Positions 37,373-49,548 of a stretch of DNA of 49,548 nucleotides are shown piece by piece; position 1 is the first letter of the stretch, and every line of letters begins with the position of its first letter. A program made the position numbers and the translations under genes. The stretch comes from Eledone cirrhosa. Its lineage: Eukaryota. Under the pieces are notes generated by a model, which was given only the letters and a program-made list of their open reading frames with translations, was not told the DNA's origin and made no database searches. The stretch lies in assembly GCA_964016885.1 (NCBI GenBank), contig CAXHJY010000700.1:1-49548 (forward strand), given 5' to 3'.

Positions 37373-37676
37373 GTAGAAGTTCTATTTAAATTGTTGGGAT
37401 ACAGCAAACAAATATTTTTATAACTGATATAAAGCACTCAACAAATTATTGGTGTGAAAATACGATATATTAACAAATGGAAACTATATTTATAAAATCT
37501 AGCTTCCAACAGAAATGGTCGCATTCTTTAAGGGTATGTCAATATTTATTTATAAAACTGATCTGTATTATATTTTATCTGAAGAAACCACACCATAATT
37601 TAACTTGGTGTCCTTGAAATATGTATAATGAAATAAATATGGTTTTATAAATATAGTTTCCATTTGTTAATATATC

Positions 37677-37680
<4 letters not shown>
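37372..37680. mobile_element. PLE-type element: inverted tail plus forward hammerhead unit; family of 23521
   Basis: 37372-37497 is the reverse complement of the 23521-family tail; 37460-37497 is inverted vs 37643-37680. Confidence 0.8.
37571..37635 (+). ncRNA. Type I hammerhead ribozyme
   Basis: TATTTTAT CTGAAGA AACCACACCA TAATTTAACT TGGTGTCCTT GAAA TATGTA TA ATGAAATA; two mismatches near the base of stem II. Confidence 0.75.
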
Positions 37681-37718
<38 letters not shown>

Positions 37719-37817
37719 GTGTATATATAATGTATTTTGCAATACACTTTATGCTTAATTAAAAGCATTTTGAAGACCGTAAGCTATTGTTTTAAAGTAG
37801 TGACAAATTCACTCACT

Positions 37818-37914
37818 TTGATCTCAGCAAACAGGGGAGATAAGCCGACATGACATGTTTCGCTTTTGTTGAAGCTTATCAAGGCCAACTACCCCACCTG
37901 TCTACTGAGATCAA
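37818..37914 (-). ncRNA. Hammerhead ribozyme, U3-A8 variant with long stem I
   Basis: GGCC TTGATAA GCTT CAACAA AAGC GAAAC ATGTCAT GTC GGCT; stem I extends as TTGATCTCAGTAGACAGG / CCTGTTTGCTGAGATCAA. Confidence 0.85.
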
Positions 37915-38232
37915 TGATGTTATATTCTTATAGAAATCTAGTAAATAATCAGGAGCTGACTGATTTAGGAGACTTGCTGATTTAGTCGCCGACGGCCCGA
38001 CCATGAGGCAGGTTGCACTAGGTTACATATTACATGTAGCACTCGAGAGCGCCCTGACATACTTACGCATATATATACATATACAATTTTCCTCTCTTGT
38101 GACTCCTTGTGCCTATGTTAAACATGAAATTAGACATTGATATACCAGAGACGATATCAATATTGATAACAAGTATTAGAGAGAATGAAGAGTAACCATA
38201 TTCGAGTAGATGGTGGGAAATTATATAATAAT

Positions 38233-38591
38233 TGTTTCTACATTTGGCACAAGGCCAGCACTTACCCAGTGTACTTCTTGGTACTTTATTTTATCGACTC
38301 CCGTAAGGATGAAAGGTAAAGTTAACCTCGGCGGGATTTGAACTCAGAATGGCAAGGGCCGTAACTCTATGCGTCAAAGTATGGCGCCCGACCCTCTACC
38401 GATACTGCCATATAATAATTGTTTCTACTTTTGGCACAAGACCAGCAATCACCCAGTATATTACTGGTACTTCTTCTTTTCGCCACCGTAAGGATGAAAG
38501 GCAAAGTTAACCTCGGCGGGATTTGAACTCAGAACGGCAAGGGCCGTAACTCTTTGCGTCAAAGCATGGCGTACGACCCTCTACCGATGCC
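38233..38591 (-). mobile_element. Two tandem family B SINEs
   Basis: Copies at 38233-38409 and 38419-38591; atataataat before, between and after. Confidence 0.92.
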
Positions 38592-38775
38592 ATATAATAA
38601 TGTTAGATGAAGGGAGGAGTTGGTGGTGGTGCGGTGTTAGATCTGGAATGGTTTATGTGGGCGAAAGGTATATATGAAGTGGTATGTATGAAGTGTTATG
38701 TGAGCTGTTGGGGTATGTATATACAAAGCGTGAAAACAATAAGATATATTGTACCTCTGTTTTGTCGTTTCCTTG

Positions 38776-38814
<39 letters not shown>

Positions 38815-39043
38815 GTATAGGATTATCCAAGATGTAGTAATGGTTAATTACTACACTGAATATGGTTGACGTACGGTAAGAGGTTACTCTACGAGTTATG
38901 GAAGAATTGTTCAAGAAACTTAGTTCCTGATCCTTCAGTATTCCGGAGTGTATATAAAGAATGAATAATAACAGGTAGACATCATAAAAAGGTAATTTAT
39001 TCCGTGTGCTTACAAGTGTTTCCACATTGTAAATTTACCATTC

Positions 39044-39155
39044 TGCTCTGAGGAAACAGTGGTCACAGCATTGGATATTCGAGTTCTGCAAATACTTGTG
39101 AATTTGCACGTAGCGGAACTAGACTGCAGTACCACCGTGGAAACACTTCTAAGCA
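39044..39155 (+). ncRNA. Hammerhead ribozyme with large stem II insert
   Basis: TGCT CTGAGGA AACAGTGGT...ACCACCGTG GAAAC ACTT CTA AGCA; the opposite arm keeps GTA. Confidence 0.6.
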
Positions 39156-39192
39156 CACGGAATAAATTACCTTTTAATGATGTCTACCTGTT

Positions 39193-39367
39193 GGCAGTAT
39201 CGGTAGAGGGTCAGACACCATGCTTTCCAGCATAGTTACGTCCCTTTACGATCTGAGTTCAAATCCCGCCGAGGTTGACTTTGCCTTTCATCCTTACGAG
39301 GTCGATAAAATAAAGTACCAGTAATGCACTGGGATAATTGATGGCCTTGTGCCAAAAGTAGAAACAA
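39193..39367 (+). mobile_element. SINE family B inserted in the PLE arm
   Basis: Splits tgtctacctgtt|attattcattcttt of the host element. Confidence 0.9.
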
Positions 39368-39376
39368 TTATTCATT

Positions 39377-39425
<49 letters not shown>

Positions 39426-39559
39426 TATATAGTATAAAGAAAACAAAAAATCAGTGATGCATCTGGACTTAATTTATTGCGTGTTACAATTGTTTCGCCG
39501 GCAGGTAACTCGAGACATGGTCCTTGTGTGGATCTGGCTGGTGTAATGCAGTGTGGTAT

Positions 39560-40071
39560 AGTGATATTTGAAATGGTATATGGTGATGTGGCGTGGTATG
39601 GTGTGGTGTAGTGTAGTGTGGGGTACTTATATTTGAAATGGTATATGGTGATGTGGCGTGGTATGGTGTAGTGTAGTGCAGTGTGGTGTAGTAATATTTG
39701 AAATGGTATATGGTGATGTGGCGTGGTATGGTGTGGTGTAGTGTAGTATGGTGTAGTGATATTTGAAATGGTATATGATGATGTGGCGTGGTATGGTGTT
39801 GTGTAGTGCAATGTGGTGTAGTGATATTTGAAATGGTATATGGTGATGTGGCGTGGTATGGTGTGGTGTAGTGTGGTGTAGTGACATTTGAAATGGTATA
39901 TGGGGATGTGGCGTGGTATGGTGTGGTGTGTAGGGTGGTGTAGTGATATTTGAAATGGTATATGGTGATGTGGCGTGGTATGGTGTAGTGTAGTGTGGTG
40001 GACTTATATTTGAAATGGTATATCGTGATGTGGCGTGGTATGGTGTGGTGTAGTGATATTTGGAATGGTAT
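39560..40071. repeat. 50-65-bp minisatellite x9
   Basis: atatttgaaatggtatatggtgatgtggcgtggtatggtgt followed by variable (gtgta/gtgtg) pentamers. Confidence 0.95.
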
Positions 40072-40214
40072 AGTTTATTGCCGGTAACTAGGGTGCTGCT
40101 AAGCAACCACGTTGTGGGTTACAGACTCACATACTACCACAAACAATAGGGTTACATTGACAGTGTTCTATAGTGTTTATAATACTATTGTAGACATGTA
40201 TGTAGTAGAGGTCC

Positions 40215-40379
40215 TCACTCACACACACACACCCACACACACCCACGCACTCGCATACACACACACTCGCACACACACACAAACACACACACTCGCACGC
40301 GCATATATATATTTATATACATATGCATACAGATAGCAACATACATACACACCTTTATAAGTACACATACACACACATA

Positions 40380-40429
<50 letters not shown>

Positions 40430-40478
40430 CATATATCAACATGCATACATTCATGTGTACACATGCACATACGCACAC

Positions 40479-40512
<34 letters not shown>

Positions 40513-40936
40513 TGTGTGTGTGAGTGAGTGATATGTGTGTGCGATATGTCTCTGGGTGTATATGTGTTTGTATGTATGTGTGTGTGTGTGAGTAATATGT
40601 CTCTGTGTGTATATGTATTTGTAAGTATGTGTGTGTGTGTGTGAGTGATATGTCTCTGTGTGTATATGTGTGTGTATGTATGTGTGTGTGTGTGATTGAT
40701 ATGTCTCTGTGTGTATATGTGTGTGTATGTATGTGTGTGTGTGTGTGTGTGAGTGATATGTCTCTGTGTATATGTGTTTGTATGTATGTGTGTGTGTGTG
40801 TGAGTGTATATGTCTCTGTGTGTATATGTGTTTGTATGTATGTGTGTGTGTGTGAGTGTGAGTATACGTCTCTGTGTACGTGTTTGTCTGTATGTGTATG
40901 TGTGTGTGTGTATGTCTGTGTGTATATGTGTGTGTA

Positions 40937-40968
<32 letters not shown>

Positions 40969-41830
40969 ATATGTCCGTGTGTGTTTGTATGTATGTGTGT
41001 GTGAGTGATATGTCTCTGTGTGTATATGTGTGTGTATGTATGTGTGTGTGAGTATAAGTCTCTGTGTATATATGTGTTTGTATGTATGTGTGTGTGTGAG
41101 TATATGTCTCTGTGTGTATATGTGTTTGTATGTATGTGTGTGTGTGTGAGTATATGTCTCTGTGTGTATACGTGTTTGTATGTGTGTGTGTGTGTGAGTA
41201 TATGTCTCTGTGTGTATATGTGTTTGTATGTATGTGTGTGTGTGTGTGAGTATATGTCTATGTGTGTGTATGTATGTGAGTGTGAGTATATGTCTGTGTG
41301 TATATGTGTTTGTATGTATGTGTGTGTGTGTGAGTATATGTCTCTGTGTGTATATGTGTTTGTATGTATGTGTGTGTGTGTGAGTATATGTCTCTGTGTG
41401 TATATGTGTGTGTATGTATGTGAGTGTGAGTATATGTCTGTGTGTATATGTGTTTGTATGTATGTGTGTGTGTGTGTGTGTGAGTATATGTCTCTGTGTG
41501 TATATGGGTTTGTATGTATGTGTGTGTGTGTGAGTATATGTCTCTGTGTGTATATGTGTTTGTATGTATGTGTGTGTGTGTGAGTATATGTCTCTGTGTG
41601 TATATGTGTGTGTATGTATGTGAGTGTGAGTATATGTCGGTGTGTATATGTGTTTGTATGTATGTGTGTGTGAGTATATGTCTGTGTGTATATGGGTTTG
41701 TATGTATGTGTGTGTGTGTGAGTATATGTCTGTGTGTATATGTGTTTGCATGTATGTATGTGTGTGTGTGAGTAATATGTATGGTGTGTATATGTATGTG
41801 TATGTGTGTGTGTGTATGTATGTGTGTGTC
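40215..41830. repeat. CA/TA tracts and ~50-bp TG minisatellite
   Basis: Unit gagtatatgtctctgtgtgtatatgtgtttgtatgtatgtgtgtgt. Confidence 0.92.
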
Positions 41831-41880
41831 TGAGAATATAAAGCCTATTGTAACTATTATACTTGCACATGTGTAACATT

Positions 41881-42148
41881 CCTGTTATTGCTCTTGTTGT
41901 TGTTGTTGTTGTTATCATTGTTATTGCTCTTGTTGTTGCTATTGATGCTGTTGTTGTTGTTATCATTGTTATTGCTCTTGTTGTTGCTATTGATGTTGTT
42001 GTTGTTGTTGTTGTTATCAATATAATAGTTATTGATGTTGTTGTTGTCACTGTTATTTTTCTTGTTGTTGTTGTTATTGATGTTGTTGTTGTCATTGTTA
42101 TTGCTCTTGTTGTTGTTGTTATTGCTGTTGTTGTTGTCAATGCTATTG
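41881..42148. repeat. (GTT/ATT)n tract
   Basis: Seen directly. Confidence 0.9.
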
Positions 42149-42594
42149 TATGTAGCATCTTTGCTGTTCTTTTATGAATTCTACTGGAAATCATGTAAAC
42201 TCCTCTGAAGAACTTTTTTCTTTTCACCCCGCTTCTATCTTTCTCAATTTCACCTATATATATATGTGTATATATGTATGTGTGTGTAAGTATGCTTTTG
42301 TGTTTTTTTTTGTGTGTGTTTGCATGTGTAGTTTTATTTTATTTTTCCTTTCCTTCTCCCTTTTCCAGCCTCACTTTCATATAGATTGCATTTTTGTTTT
42401 TAGAATCCATATTCAATAAACAAACCAGGATTTTTCATTCTGAGGATTGAAAGCAAAACCTTTTGCTTTTAAGAAACCACTGGTAAATGGAATAATTGCC
42501 TTATGTTGTTTATTACATAATAATAATAATTAAGCTCTGTTGCATACATAGAGCACTCTTTTTTCCTGGACGTTTCCGATGGAATTACTTCATT

Positions 42595-49122
<6,528 letters not shown>

Positions 49123-49380
49123 ATGCAGTTCTCTGGCTACAATTAGAGAGATAAAATCAGGGTGTATAGAGGAGCCAGAACCAAATGGGAAAAAATGGTA
49201 AATAATGACATAAATGGGACCTGCCCCTTGTATAGGATCAAATTTTGGAATAGAATAGAAAGAACTAGGAACAAGGCCAATAGAATAAACTCATGGTATG
49301 ATAGCAATAAATACCAGATTGTAATATTCATCGATACAACCCCTGGAGGTGAATTAGCTTACAAATTTAGAAGGGCCCCT
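49123..49380 (+). pseudogene. Penelope-like element ORF fragment (probable RT thumb/linker)
   Basis: [46 protein letters not shown]...SWY...VIFIDTTPGGEL; the SGY, G..PLYR, WY and VxFxxxTPxxxL pattern resembles PLE proteins; in-frame stop; embedded in (TA)n. Confidence 0.6.
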
Positions 49381-49548
49381 AAATATATGTATATATATAT
49401 ATGTATATATATATGTATATATATATATGTATATATGTATGTATATATATATGTATATATATATGTATATATATGTATATATGTATATATATGTATATAT
49501 GTATATATATATATATATGTATAGTGTATATATTTATATATATATATG

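Larger units (their letters stand above)
38820..39382. mobile_element. Second copy of the 6574 PLE family (tail plus short inverted arms), interrupted by a SINE
   Basis: 38820-39025 matches 6574-6780; 39035-39192 and 39368-39382 match 7790-7960. Confidence 0.85.

Noticed and set aside
39560-40071. CRISPR-like array
   Set aside because: Intervening parts are related pentamer repeats; this is an ordinary minisatellite.
40215-41833. HT/CV-rich ORFs (670 and 510 aa)
   Set aside because: CA/TG minisatellite translations.

Overview
Eukaryotic, very AT-rich, microsatellite-saturated non-coding DNA. The repeat content (tRNA-derived SINEs of octopus type, huge (TA)n/(CA)n/trinucleotide tracts) points to an octopod cephalopod genome (inference). 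No intact protein-coding gene is supportable, and nearly all listed ORFs are microsatellite translations. Recognisable mobile DNA: about 20 SINE copies from two families; fragments of CR1, RTE, CRE-clade and Penelope-like (PLE) retrotransposons; two hAT MITEs; a Tc2-like MITE; and a non-autonomous Helitron. The main discovery is a dense set of short non-coding elements from roughly ten unrelated sequence families, almost all inserted in (TA)n and most built as an inverted repeat plus a unique 3' tail. Many carry type I hammerhead ribozymes (14 complete or near-complete cores read by eye), the hallmark of PLE pseudo-LTRs. Three families use a compensatory U3-A8 core (TTGATAR). In two families the fold-back apex is ribozyme stem II, and its loop occurs in opposite (flip/flop) orientations between copies. 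Some insertions carry duplicated flanking DNA. A few low-confidence exon candidates are noted.
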